Shown: positions 1 through 15,717 of the stretch, piece by piece
Layout of the letters: every line of letters begins with the position of its first letter
Position numbering within the stretch: the first letter of the stretch is position 1
Source of the DNA: Rhodoluna sp.
GTDB taxonomy: Bacteria > Actinomycetota > Actinomycetes > Actinomycetales > Microbacteriaceae
DNA: 34,086 nucleotides
NCBI GenBank assembly: GCA_044338475.1
Contig: JBIIXH010000001.1
Location: 1 to 34,086, forward strand
Direction of reading: 5' to 3'
The notes under the pieces: model-generated
Told to the model about the DNA's origin: nothing
Seen by the model: the letters and a program-made list of their open reading frames with translations, nothing else
Databases searched by the model: none
Position numbers and translations under genes: made by a program

Positions 1-749
1 TTACCAATTACTTTCGTATCTGGTGAGAAGTCAATGTCCATACGGTCATCAAAAACATAAAGTGAACCTTCCCAGAGTCCTTTGTCACCAAAGGCTTCTC
101 CGTAGCGAACAATCCCGCCCTTGATTTGGTAGACCTCCTGGAAGCCACGGTTTTTCATTGCAACAGAGAGAATCTCGCAGCGGATGCCTCCGGTGCAGTA
201 TGTGACAACTGGCTTGTCTTTCAGGTGATCAAACTTGCCTGATTCAATTTCCTTAACAAAGTCATGGGTTGTTTCAACGTCTGGAACGACAGCGTTTTTG
301 AACTTTCCAATTTTTGCTTCAAAAGCGTTTCTGCCATCGAAGAAGACGACTTCGTCTCCTCTTTCTTCAACCAGCTTGTTTACTTCCTCCGGCTTTAGGT
401 GCTTCCCACCACCTATTACTCCACGAGGTCCGACCTGGAGCTCCTCGGGGGCCCCAAATGCAACCAGTTCTTTTCTGGATCGAACGCGAAGTCTTGGAAA
501 GTCATTTCCGGTGCCATCGGACCACTTGAAATCGATGCGGTTGAAGCCTGGGTATTCCTTGGTGGCTCTGGCGTACTTCTTTAGTGCGCTCATGTCGCCA
601 CCCAAGGTTCCATTGATGCCGTGCTTTGAAATCAAGATTCGACCCTTTAGGCCAAGAGATTCGCACAGAGTTCGCTGCCACAGCTTCATAGCCTCTGGGT
701 CCGGGACCGGAGCAAAGCCGTAGTAAAGAATGATTTTATTTAGGTCCAC
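1..749 (-). CDS. trhO: Rhodanese-domain tRNA uridine(34) hydroxylase, TrhO/UPF0176 family (3' end beyond window edge)
   Basis: Absent from the ORF track because no stop lies in the window. Manual translation from GTG at 749 gives [51 protein letters not shown]...YCTGGIRCE...[10 protein letters not shown]...[13 protein letters not shown]. The GRIxIxxxGINGT, YCTGGIRCE and GSLYVFDDR motifs are typical of UPF0176/TrhO. Confidence 0.9.
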   Translation of the reverse strand, partial: MDLNKIILYYGFAPVPDPEAMKLWQRTLCESLGLKGRILISKHGINGTLGGDMSALKKYARATKEYPGFNRIDFKWSDGTGNDFPRLRVRSRKELVAFGAPEELQVGPRGVIGGGKHLKPEEVNKLVEERGDEVVFFDGRNAFEAKIGKFKNAVVPDVETTHDFVKEIESGKFDHLKDKPVVTYCTGGIRCEILSVAMKNRGFQEVYQIKGGIVRYGEAFGDKGLWEGSLYVFDDRMDIDFSPDTKVIG

Positions 750-756
750 GTATGGA

Positions 757-762
757 ATTGTA
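757..762 (-). promoter_or_regulatory. Putative -10 hexamer (TACAAT) for a leaderless trhO transcript
   Basis: On the - strand TACAAT is followed by 7 nt (TCCATAC) and then the GTG start. No Shine-Dalgarno sequence is present. Confidence 0.55.
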
Positions 763-822
763 ATGCCGAAGGTACTTCGTTGACAGAAGTAATTTTTCAA
801 TAGCCTTCTAGTTCCTGTAGTT

Positions 823-2583
823 TTGACAATTGTGACCAGCAAAAACAAGGGCAAAACATCCAAAGAATCAATGGCGATTCGTAGCCTGCTCGCAATGGCC
901 CGACCTCATCGGCTTGACTACTTTGTTGCTGTGTTCGCCTTCTTCATTAAGGATTCACCCGCCTGGATTCTTCCCCTAATAACAGCTTTGGTTGTGGACA
1001 CCGTGGTCCAGGGAGGCCCGATTTCAACCCTCTTCATTATGGCGGCACTTGCATTGCTTGTATTGGTACAGAACTATCCAATGCACATGGTTTTCATCAA
1101 ACGATCCTCAAGAGCAACGAGATCTATCGCCTATGAGCTCAGAACATCACTGACCGACCACCTTCAAAAAGTGACCATGAACTTCCACCAAAGAGTAAGT
1201 GGTTCGGTTATTCAAACCAAGATTGTTCGAGATGTTGAAAATATCGAAATCATGATTCAACAGTCTTTACCAATTGCGTTATCCGGTGTTTTTTCATTGC
1301 TCGGAGCTTTATTAGTAATCGCATTCAATATCCCAATCTTTATTGCAGTGTTTGGCCTGGTGATTCCGGTTGGTTTATTGGTAGTAGTTCTTTTTCGGAA
1401 ACGCTCTAGAGACAAGAACGAGGAGTTTCGTTTTCACGTTGAGCAATATGCGGAGCAGGTTGGTGAAATGACCACCATGCTCCCAATTGTCCGTGCTCAT
1501 GCAGTCGAAGCGACCGCAAGACAGTGGGTCAACGACTCAGCATACCAATTGAGAAAAAAAGCCGTTGAGCTAGATTGGCTCAATGGAAGATTTGGATCTC
1601 TAGCCTGGCTTAGCTACCAAATTCTTGGGGTAGCAAGTTTGATTTTTGCAGCGGCACTGGCAATTTTGGACATTATTCCTATCTCGCCCGGACAAGTTGT
1701 ATTGGTAGCCACTTACTTCGCCGTCATGATGGGAACTGCAATCGGCTTGCTAAACATTGTCCCCGCCCTAGCAAAAGGGATCGAATCAGTTGGTTCTATC
1801 GACGAGATCCTAAGCTCCGATGACCTGGAGCATAACGAAGGAAAACCAAGAGTTGACTCCATTTCGGGGGAGATAACTTTGAAAAACCTGGGGGTAGTGC
1901 TAGGTGACAAAGCTGTGATTGAGAGCCTTAACATTCGCATTCCAGCCCAAGCAATGGTTGCCTTTGTCGGACCATCAGGTTCGGGAAAGACAACTCTTAT
2001 TCAGACCATCCTGGGATTAGTGCGCCCTACCTCCGGAGAGGTTTTGTACGACCACACATCAATCGCAGACGTTGACATGAGATCTATTCGAAGGCATATC
2101 GCGTATGTGCCCCAAGAGTCAGTTGTTTTGGATGGCTCACTCAGAGACAACATAGCTTTGGGCTTAGGTGCAGATGATGATTTGATCCGAGAGGCTTTGA
2201 ATCTTTCAAATCTCTCCGAATTGATTTCTGATCAACAGGGCTTGGATCTCGTTATTGGTAGATCAGGAACTAGGCTCTCGGTCGGTCAACGCCAACGACT
2301 TGCCATTGCCCGAGCTCTGTACCGAAAACCTACGGTCCTAGTTCTTGACGAAGCTACATCATCATTGGATCTCGACTCGGAACGCTTCATTCAAGAAACC
2401 CTAGAGAACCTCTCGGGCCAGATCACCCTTATTGTTGTGGCACATCGACTTTCAACAGTGAGAGCTGCTGACACAATTTGCTTCCTTGATTCAGGGAGAG
2501 TTATAGAGTCCGGTACACATGATGAACTAATGTCGCAAAATGGCGCATATTGCAAAATGGTGGCTGGAAAAGAAATACTCTAG
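823..2583 (+). CDS. ABC exporter, fused TMD+NBD half-transporter (MsbA/Sav1866 type)
   Basis: N-terminal multi-TM domain, Walker [10 protein letters not shown]-loop YVPQE, signature LSVGQRQR, Walker [14 protein letters not shown]-loop VAHRLST. Start uncertain (TTG 823, GTG 832 or ATG 871). Confidence 0.9.
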   Translation: MTIVTSKNKGKTSKESMAIRSLLAMARPHRLDYFVAVFAFFIKDSPAWILPLITALVVDTVVQGGPISTLFIMAALALLVLVQNYPMHMVFIKRSSRATRSIAYELRTSLTDHLQKVTMNFHQRVSGSVIQTKIVRDVENIEIMIQQSLPIALSGVFSLLGALLVIAFNIPIFIAVFGLVIPVGLLVVVLFRKRSRDKNEEFRFHVEQYAEQVGEMTTMLPIVRAHAVEATARQWVNDSAYQLRKKAVELDWLNGRFGSLAWLSYQILGVASLIFAAALAILDIIPISPGQVVLVATYFAVMMGTAIGLLNIVPALAKGIESVGSIDEILSSDDLEHNEGKPRVDSISGEITLKNLGVVLGDKAVIESLNIRIPAQAMVAFVGPSGSGKTTLIQTILGLVRPTSGEVLYDHTSIADVDMRSIRRHIAYVPQESVVLDGSLRDNIALGLGADDDLIREALNLSNLSELISDQQGLDLVIGRSGTRLSVGQRQRLAIARALYRKPTVLVLDEATSSLDLDSERFIQETLENLSGQITLIVVAHRLSTVRAADTICFLDSGRVIESGTHDELMSQNGAYCKMVAGKEIL

Positions 2584-2597
2584 CTATGTAACGCTTT

Positions 2598-2609
2598 CAT
2601 CATACAATT
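2598..2609. promoter_or_regulatory. Putative FadR/DgoR-type operator CATCATACAATT overlapping a -10 (TACAAT, 2603-2608)
   Basis: Matches the motif at 15604, 15666 and 20883. Lies about 30 nt upstream of the TTG start at 2638. Confidence 0.5.
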
Positions 2610-2637
2610 GGCATACAAACGATTGGAGAGCAATATC

Positions 2638-3378
2638 TTGACCAGGCCAGCAAATTCGGTGCAGCTTTACTCCGTACGAGATCATTTAGCCAACGACTTC
2701 GATCGCACTCTGGTCAAGTTAGCAGAGCTGGGTTTTCGCTCAGTGGAACCTTATGGGCTTCCAAGTGAAACAAGCAAACTGAAGCAAGCTCTTCTAGGCG
2801 CAGGCCTTAATGCACCAACCGCTCACGGCAGTGTTTTGGCTGACCCCAAAGCAGCGGTAAGTGCCGCTGTTGAGTTAGGGACGACTGTGTTGATAGACCC
2901 TTATCAACCTGAAGAAATCTTTCAGAGCGATTCGAAACTGTCGCAATTGGCGGATGAGCTTTCAGCGGCAGCAGAAATTGGGAAGCAGTACGGGGTATCA
3001 ATTGGTTATCACAACCACGACCATGAGATTCGAAACGAAATTGGTGGTGTCCCCGCTCTGATCGAATTGGCGAAAAGAACGTCGCAAGATGTAGTTTTTG
3101 AGATTGATCTTTTTTGGTGTCAAGTGGGCAAGGCTAACCCAGTAGAAATATTGAAAGCCCTTGAGGGAAGAGTTGTTGCTCTACACGCTAAGGACGCTCC
3201 TACGGGAGGGGGAGTAAGCGATCAGGTGCCGCTTGGTAAGGGTTCAGTAAATATCCTCGAATGTGTAAACATGTTGCCAAACGCCCAAGTGGTAATTGAA
3301 TTTGACGAGTATGCCGGAGACCTATTCACTGCAATCGAAAGCTCCCTTGAGTACTTGAACAGTAACGGAGTCAATTAA
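2638..3378 (+). CDS. Sugar phosphate isomerase/epimerase family (xylose-isomerase-like TIM barrel); candidate 3-ketoglycoside eliminase
   Basis: Motifs VQLYSVRD, YHNHDHE, FEIDLFW, LHAKD and VIEFD give the E/D/H/E metal ligands. Start moved to TTG 2638, 7 nt after SD GGAGAG (2625-2630). Confidence 0.85.
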   Translation: MTRPANSVQLYSVRDHLANDFDRTLVKLAELGFRSVEPYGLPSETSKLKQALLGAGLNAPTAHGSVLADPKAAVSAAVELGTTVLIDPYQPEEIFQSDSKLSQLADELSAAAEIGKQYGVSIGYHNHDHEIRNEIGGVPALIELAKRTSQDVVFEIDLFWCQVGKANPVEILKALEGRVVALHAKDAPTGGGVSDQVPLGKGSVNILECVNMLPNAQVVIEFDEYAGDLFTAIESSLEYLNSNGVN

Positions 3379-4481
3379 TGTCTGCGATGAAAATTGGTGT
3401 AATCGGAGCTGGAGTCATCAGCGAGCAGTACCTAGATAATCTCACCAAGGCAGAATCAGTATCAGTGGAGATGATTGCAGACCTCGACTTATCAAGAAGT
3501 GAGCAAAGAGCTCAGCAATACTCAATCCCCTCTTTTGGAACCACAGAGGATCTTCTCGCTCGAGAGGATATCGATTTGGTAGTGAATCTGACTATCCCGA
3601 AAGTTCATGAGGAAGTCACGGTTATGTGCCTAAAGGCAGGTAAGCATGTTTGGAGTGAGAAACCACTAGCTCTAGATAATGCTGCAGTTGCCCGAATAAA
3701 ACAGCAGGCCACAGAAAGCAAACTCGAAGTTGGGTGCGCACCGGATACCTTTCTTGGCCCAGGAATCCAAACTGGCTTGAGGTTGATTCAAGAGGGCAGA
3801 ATTGGAAAAGTTACCGGAGCCACCACAGCCTTCGAAGTTTCTGGGCCAGAGAGCTGGCACCCTAATCCGGACTTTTTATATGCGAAGGGCGGCGGGCCAA
3901 TCTTTGACATGGGTCCTTATTACCTAACCGCACTGGTTTGTGCCCTTGGGCCAATTAGTCAAGTCGTGGCTCGCTCATCCCAAGCCCGCGATTTTAGGGT
4001 TATTGGATCTGGCCCGCGTGCGGGGGAGAAATTCCCAGTTGAAGTACCAACCAATGTCTTTGCTCTACTTGATTTCACAGAAGGAAAAATTGCACAAAGC
4101 AGTTTCAGTTTCGATTCAGCGAGGATAAGAGCCGGAATCCTTGAAATCCACGGTACCGAAGGTTCAATTGTTTTTCCTGACCCTAACGGTTTTGAAGGCA
4201 CACTTGAGCTGCATCGACTTGATTCACAAGACAATAACCCGGAAGAAATTCCTTGCGTTGGCGAAGTAATGTATCGGGGAGTTGGAGTTGTTGACATGGC
4301 GCATGCCATCGCTTCCGGCAAAAAGCCACGTGCCAACATCGATCTCGCAGGACACATAGTCGAGGTTATGCAGGCACTGGAGCAGTCAGCAATTTCAGGC
4401 GCCGCAATAGAAATAAAATCACATCCTTCTTCACCAGATCTTGTTCCGAAGGATTTCAATCCGTGGTCGAAAGTTCACTAA
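3378..4481 (+). CDS. Gfo/Idh/MocA NAD(P)-dependent oxidoreductase
   Basis: Rossmann motif GVIGAGVIS, KHVWSEKPL, GGGPIFDMGPYY (Tyr in place of the usual DxxxH His). TAATG overlap with the upstream gene. Confidence 0.9.
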   Translation: MSAMKIGVIGAGVISEQYLDNLTKAESVSVEMIADLDLSRSEQRAQQYSIPSFGTTEDLLAREDIDLVVNLTIPKVHEEVTVMCLKAGKHVWSEKPLALDNAAVARIKQQATESKLEVGCAPDTFLGPGIQTGLRLIQEGRIGKVTGATTAFEVSGPESWHPNPDFLYAKGGGPIFDMGPYYLTALVCALGPISQVVARSSQARDFRVIGSGPRAGEKFPVEVPTNVFALLDFTEGKIAQSSFSFDSARIRAGILEIHGTEGSIVFPDPNGFEGTLELHRLDSQDNNPEEIPCVGEVMYRGVGVVDMAHAIASGKKPRANIDLAGHIVEVMQALEQSAISGAAIEIKSHPSSPDLVPKDFNPWSKVH

Positions 4482-5569
4482 TGTCAAAATCTGCAGACAC
4501 GAAAGTAGTCTCTGCGCTTATCGGTTCTGGTTTTATGGGATCAGTGCACTCCAGGGCACTCAGAGCCGCTGGAATTGAAATGTCTGGCATCCTGTCATCT
4601 TCGCCAGAGAAAAGTAAGAGCGCCGCTCAAGAACTTGGAATCAATCGGGCCTACAAAAACCTCGATGAGTTGCTAGAAGACCCCGCAGTAAATCTTGTTC
4701 ACATCCTCACACCTAACAACACTCACGCGGAGCTAATTTCTCGCTCACTAGAAGCGGGCAAAAACATTGTCTGCGAGAAGCCATTAGTAACTTCTTCTAG
4801 CGAGGCATTGAGCCTGACCCAAAGAGCTGAGGAGCTTGGTTTAGTTGGTGCGGTGCCTTTTGTTTACAGATATCACCCGATGGCAAGACAGGCCAGAAGT
4901 CGAGTCTTAGCTGGTGACCTGGGAAGTATCCTCAGCATAAAAGGGCAATATCTCCAAGATTGGCTACTTGATAAAAATGACACCAATTGGAGGGTCAGCG
5001 AGAAAGCCGGAGGCCCATCTCGAGCTTTCGCTGACATCGGTGTTCATTTATGTGACCTAATTGAATTCGTCTCAGGACAGAAAATAGTTCGTTTAGTTTC
5101 CACCGTGAAGACAGCGTATCCATCAAGAGCTGGAAATCCAGTTTCAACTGAAGACCTGGCACTTGTGATGGCGGAGCTAGAAGGCGGAGGCTTACTAAGC
5201 CTGATGGTTTCTCAAGTTGCTGCCGGGCACAAAAACGCCCTGTCGATCGAGCTACACGGATCTTCGGAGGCGTTGCGTTTCGACCAAGAAGAGCCAGAGA
5301 AACTCTGGATTGGACTCAAGGCCGGTAGCCGAGTTGAGATGCGTGATCCAGCCACTCTCTCGGCAGATGCGCGAAGACTCACTAACCTTCCAGCAGGTCA
5401 CCCTGAAGGTTATTTTGATGCCTTCACATCTTTTATGAGAGATGTCGAGCAGGCGATACTGGGCAATAAACCAGAGGGTCTGCCCAGATTCTCTGATGGG
5501 GCTAGGGCAGCTTTACTAACAGAAGCGGTTCTGAGATCGGCCCAAGAACGTGCTTGGGTAGATCTATAA
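4481..5569 (+). CDS. Gfo/Idh/MocA NAD(P)-dependent oxidoreductase
   Basis: LIGSGFMG, IVCEKPL, YLQDWL..NWR, ADIGVH. Start placed at ATG 4481 (TAATG overlap with the upstream stop). Confidence 0.9.
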   Translation: MSKSADTKVVSALIGSGFMGSVHSRALRAAGIEMSGILSSSPEKSKSAAQELGINRAYKNLDELLEDPAVNLVHILTPNNTHAELISRSLEAGKNIVCEKPLVTSSSEALSLTQRAEELGLVGAVPFVYRYHPMARQARSRVLAGDLGSILSIKGQYLQDWLLDKNDTNWRVSEKAGGPSRAFADIGVHLCDLIEFVSGQKIVRLVSTVKTAYPSRAGNPVSTEDLALVMAELEGGGLLSLMVSQVAAGHKNALSIELHGSSEALRFDQEEPEKLWIGLKAGSRVEMRDPATLSADARRLTNLPAGHPEGYFDAFTSFMRDVEQAILGNKPEGLPRFSDGARAALLTEAVLRSAQERAWVDL

Positions 5570-5581
5570 CTACTCAATGAA

Positions 5582-6271
5582 TTAGTAGCTTGCTCTTCCA
5601 CCACTGATGTCGTAGACGGCTCCGGTAGAAAAGCTAACCTTGTCAGAACAAAGCCAAGCCACCAGTTCTGCAACTTCTTCTGGCTTACCTATTCTCTTCA
5701 TTGGTATCAAAGAAGCTAAGTGAGCTAGAACCTCAGCCGAAGTGTTTTGATTCATGGGGGTTTCAATCACAGCAGGAGTGATTGTATTTACCAAAACTCC
5801 TGTAGTAGCCAGTTCCTTACCTACAGATTTTGTTAGGGCAATTACGGCTGCTTTAGTGGCTGAGTAAATTGAGAGGTTGGGGTTACCGTCCTTACCGGCC
5901 ATGCTTGCAAAGGTCACAATTCTTCCCCAGCCTTTTTCAACCATTCCGGGCGCAAAAGCCTTTATGAACGAAGAGGTACCAAGGACATTTACCTCGAACA
6001 CCGATTGCCACTGCTGCTCAGTAGTTTGCAATAGTGGAATGTTTGGTCCAACTATTCCCGCCGAGGTGACCAAAATGTCAATCGGTGGCAACTGCTTTGG
6101 AAGTGCTGCAACAGCATCGTGGTCTGTGACATCCATTTGGAAATCAGCACCATCTGCAATGTCTACAGTGAAGACGGTAACTCCGTCTTCACGCAATCTT
6201 TTTGCTGATGCTGCACCCAATCCACTTAGTCCACCTGTAACAAGGGCGGTGCGAGAAACGTTGACTGTCAT
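5582..6271 (-). CDS. NAD-dependent SDR, LRA5-like 2-keto-3-deoxy-sugar-acid 4-dehydrogenase
   Basis: TGGLSGLG, Asp after beta2 (VFTVD, NAD preference), ASMAGKDGNPNLSIYSATKAAVIALTKSVGKELA and C-terminal SFSTGAVYDISGGRASY. This pattern resembles the Sphingomonas LRA5 subfamily as I recall it. Confidence 0.8.
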   Translation of the reverse strand: MTVNVSRTALVTGGLSGLGAASAKRLREDGVTVFTVDIADGADFQMDVTDHDAVAALPKQLPPIDILVTSAGIVGPNIPLLQTTEQQWQSVFEVNVLGTSSFIKAFAPGMVEKGWGRIVTFASMAGKDGNPNLSIYSATKAAVIALTKSVGKELATTGVLVNTITPAVIETPMNQNTSAEVLAHLASLIPMKRIGKPEEVAELVAWLCSDKVSFSTGAVYDISGGRASY

Positions 6272-7531
6272 TTAGCCCCTTCTTGCAAACTCGACTATGA
6301 AATCGCTGATATAAATGTGCTGATCGCCAGCCATGTCTTTAAACCACAATCTAGAGAACTTTCCGGGGTTTAGACAAGTTCTTTTCGCGGCGAGTGATTC
6401 AGCGGAATCATCTGGCTGCAAGGACGGATACCAGAGTGTGTGTCCGGGCCTGTCGACAATCTCGACAGGAGTTGACCACTTCTGTGAGTTATCTCCTTCA
6501 CCAAGATCCCTATTTGTGTTGACGGACAAGAAGAGTTTTCCGCCAACCCAAAAAGGACCGTCTACGCGACCAAGTAGCATCACCCAGCACTGCACTTCAT
6601 CATTCCAACTCACCGAGGGTCCCCAGTAATAGAACTCGTCACCTTGGGAAACAGCACCGCCACCTTGGCTCCTAGGAATCTGAAGAGACGCTATAGGTTT
6701 TCCAATACCGTTCCAGTCACCGCTAAAACTGGTGCCATCCCACCGCTTTGCTTTTTTGGCAGGATTATCAAGCTCGGCCAATGGAATTCTTGCAACACTT
6801 ACACACTGTCCGGATGCCTCTTCCTCGGCGTCCCAAGTGTCGGCAGAGAACGGACCAGGGTAGGCGTACTCACCGTAGAAAACATATAGATACTCCCCAT
6901 GAGCTATTGCACTCGGGTCTCCAACGCCACCAGGGAAGCAGTAGTTCTTGTTTACCGGCAGTCGAATCATTCGATCATTTCTATCCTCAAGAATGATTCC
7001 AAAGTTCTCCCAACTATCTCCGCCATCGAGGGATTTCATGATTCCAATTCGTGGCGCAGCCTGTATAGAAGAGTCTCCCTTTAGACCTGGAGGCCAGTTA
7101 TCGTCACTCATACCCTCACCAGTTTCTGGTTTGTATAGCAAAGTGCTTGGGTAGTTTTCGTTGTGATAAAGCGAATAAAGAGTTTTTCCGGAGCTGTCAT
7201 GTGGGTCTTGGTAGATGCTCTCGAACCAAACGCTACCGTGCAAACCCTCTTCCTCTGGCTTCACTACCGGTGGTAGTACTGGGTGCACAAATGCCTCCGA
7301 TGGCAAAGAGAATGTTTCGGTGACTGTATTACCCTCACCAATTTTTAGCTCGTTGCCGTCGCCCCACACCGGATCCTCACCGTACTTTCCGGGAAAGATT
7401 CGAAACTTGTCGCCCACCCAGGCAGTTGACATGTTGCAGTCGACAAAGCTTCCAAATAGTTGCCTATCTGCTGTGTGGAGTCGAACAACGATGTTCTCTG
7501 CTCCGGTTTCTACTTCTTTCCAGTCATTCAC
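6272..7531 (-). CDS. Hypothetical protein, probable beta-propeller (Asp-box), candidate glycoside hydrolase
   Basis: 419 aa with SD AGGAAAGGA before GTG and stop directly abutting the next ATG. Asp-box SLDGGDSW; blade-start motifs GDPSA, WGPSVSW, WYPSL. No signal peptide. CDS is well supported, function is not. Confidence 0.6.
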   Translation of the reverse strand: MNDWKEVETGAENIVVRLHTADRQLFGSFVDCNMSTAWVGDKFRIFPGKYGEDPVWGDGNELKIGEGNTVTETFSLPSEAFVHPVLPPVVKPEEEGLHGSVWFESIYQDPHDSSGKTLYSLYHNENYPSTLLYKPETGEGMSDDNWPPGLKGDSSIQAAPRIGIMKSLDGGDSWENFGIILEDRNDRMIRLPVNKNYCFPGGVGDPSAIAHGEYLYVFYGEYAYPGPFSADTWDAEEEASGQCVSVARIPLAELDNPAKKAKRWDGTSFSGDWNGIGKPIASLQIPRSQGGGAVSQGDEFYYWGPSVSWNDEVQCWVMLLGRVDGPFWVGGKLFLSVNTNRDLGEGDNSQKWSTPVEIVDRPGHTLWYPSLQPDDSAESLAAKRTCLNPGKFSRLWFKDMAGDQHIYISDFIVEFARRG

Positions 7532-7546
7532 GGGTGTTTTCCTTTC

Positions 7547-13547
<6,001 letters not shown>

Positions 13548-13548
<1 letters not shown>

Positions 13549-15578
13549 CAGAGATTCACTTTCTTTGCTCTAATCTCAACTAGCCACGATCGCGTGTTAC
13601 CAACAAGCTCGGCCAGTTTGGTGTCAGTAATATCCTTACCCAAAAACTCTGCAGATTTGTAAGTTTCTAGGTCAGTGACAACGTACTCTTTGGCTGTCTC
13701 AAGAAGGTAGGGGCTAAAAGCTGCGCCTAAGGCATCACTTTCTAGCTTCAAAGAGGTAATGAAATGAACCTCCTCTGGGGTATTGGAAGTCAACTGCCAA
13801 ACTGGATTTCTTTGACCGCCTGAGATCCGATCCGGTGAATCAGTAAGTGCGTGCAATGTGGCACTAGCTAGAACAGGTGCAATGTGCTTTCTAAAAACCT
13901 CCAGGTGTTGAGCCAATCTCACCCTTAGCTTTTCTGCAAGTTTAGGTAGCGGGTAACTTATGCCGAGACGATGAAACATTGCCGATCGCGTCATCACGTC
14001 AAAAGTTTCAACTTCTACCTTGCTCCAGTCCAATTGGGACGGTTCGTATCCATTACGCCACCATGACCACGGCCAATGCAGTATCCCTAACGGAGGGAGC
14101 ATGTGAGCCGCACCCCAAAGCACTTGCAGGTGATGCTCTGTGTAATCTGGATCGCTCAGGAAAAACGCGTGAACGTGCTTAGCAAGTCCAAGATCAATCC
14201 TTAGTCCACCGGAAGAGCAGGCCTCAACGATTAGCTCTGGAAAGTCCAGTCGAATTTGATCGAGAAGTTTGTAGAGACCCTCATAGTGTCGAAGTAATCC
14301 GTCACCTTTTCTGTGACCATGATCTGATCTGGTGCAACCCTGGCCAGGATCGATGTTGAAATCCATCTTTAGCCAACGCGCACCCATTTCGCCAACAACT
14401 TGCTTGACTGAGTTGTAAGTATGTGACCAACCCTCAGCTGAGCCCAAACACACGTAGCCAAGAAATCCTGGATCCTGCGGGTCTAGCGAAACTGTTCCAA
14501 CTCGATAAGAGGGGTCAGGCCTTGCACCACTGTCGTCTCGGGCCATGGCCTCCGGCAAAGTTTTTCGCAGCTGTGATTTTGCTCCAACAGCTTCTAGTTC
14601 AATCCAAATGCCCGGGTGCATTCCGTTTTTGGTTATGGTTTCACCAAGGCTGGCTAAACCAGAGGGGAATCGAGCTAGATTCACACTCGACCAATCTCCT
14701 CGAAGGTCAGGCCAAAAAGTGTCAAGCTTTGATTCTCCAAACCAACCTGCATCAATAACCATGGTGTCTATAGCCATATTTTTTGCTAGCTCAGCGTTTT
14801 CAGCTACAACTTCCTCGGTTATCTCTGCATCCTCATAGGGCCACCAGTGGTTCCATTCCACCGGAATAGCATCCGAAGCCTTTGATCTAGCTAGCCAGTG
14901 GTCACGAACGGCAACCTGAAGGTTTTCCTGAGCTAATTCTTTGCTAGCCGCCGCTGCAACAATTACACTTGGCGCGTTTATGGTCTCACCCAAAGCAAGC
15001 TCTAGATTTAGATTCCACGTGGAAATTCCTGCGCTAATCCAGCCACCGGCCAAAACATCAACATGCCAGTTACCGCTCCACGCCGGAGCAACAACGACTG
15101 TAAAACCATCAGAGTCTCGAATGAAATAAACCACCGGACTTTCTCCGTGAGAAGATCTTCCCGAGCGAACCCCAAAGAATGAATCGTGTTGGGTTGTTGC
15201 GCGCTTTGGTCTAAATTCATCCCCCCAGGCAGAGGCGAATGACTCGACCCTCCAAGTGCCGCCAGCAAGCGCTAAGCAAGCACTGTCCAGCCGGGTTAGT
15301 GTCTTTGTTTCAGTGCCAGAGTTTGTAGCCGATAGCTGAAATTCCCACACTGGTAAGTTGCCAAGTTGAACAGCCTGCCAATCAAAAACCACATCTTGGT
15401 CTTTGATGCAGGCCGTTGCGCCAGCAGGCGATGCCCGCACTTCAAATTCCGGGGCTAGGTCAATCAATTGGCCAGAAATGGCAACTTGAATTGGAATGTA
15501 AGAGCTGATTGGGCTATCTCCGAACACCAATTCGAGTTCCTTGGCAGGCCCTGAAGAGGGCCGGAGTCCAGCTTTCAT
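13548..15578 (-). CDS. GH36 alpha-galactosidase family protein
   Basis: WSGNW, WNHW, VIDAGWF, GDW...RFPSGL, GIWIELE, nucleophile KMDFN, EACSSGGLRID, acid/base LSD. SD GAAAGGG upstream. Confidence 0.88.
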
Positions 15579-15603
15579 GACAGCAACGCCCTTTCGTTCA
15601 TTA

Positions 15604-15615
15604 CATCATACATTA
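15604..15615. promoter_or_regulatory. Putative operator CATCATACATTA overlapping the -10 (TATGAT, - strand) of the GH36-GH38-GH2 operon
   Basis: The 13 bp TCATTACATCATA at 15598-15610 is identical to 20877-20889. Confidence 0.55.
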
Positions 15616-15665
15616 GGCCTTGAAGTCCCATTAAATGCTAGGCTTTTCGGCACCGGTAGTCGCCG

Positions 15666-15677
15666 ATTAGTATGATG
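15666..15677. promoter_or_regulatory. Putative operator (reverse complement CATCATACTAAT) overlapping the -10 (TATGAT, + strand) of the Gfo-thuA operon
   Basis: Same motif, inverted relative to the 15604 site, within the same divergent intergenic region. Confidence 0.5.
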
Positions 15678-15717
15678 AATGTATTCCAGCCAACTCCCTA
15701 ACATTGAGGTTATGAAA

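Noticed and set aside
235-723. 162-aa + strand ORF and nested short ORFs
   Set aside because: Antisense shadows of trhO, which carries clear family motifs on the - strand.
780-806. TTGACA (780-785) paired with TAGCCT (801-806) as promoter for the ABC exporter
   Set aside because: The 15-nt spacer is suboptimal and the start codon is uncertain, so it is not supportable from sequence alone.
2608-2637. ORF-track start (TTG 2608) for the TIM-barrel gene; likewise 4463, 15679, 20695, 22256 and 28105
   Set aside because: Downstream starts (2638, 4481, 15718, 20662, 22262, 28078) have better SD spacing or stop-start coupling; 2608 and 15679 fall in or beside the predicted -10/operator.
2638-5569. 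Interpretation as a canonical myo-inositol (iol) cluster
   Set aside because: No recognisable IolB, IolC, IolD or IolA in the window; Gfo and TIM-barrel folds alone are not diagnostic. A cyclitol side activity is not excluded.
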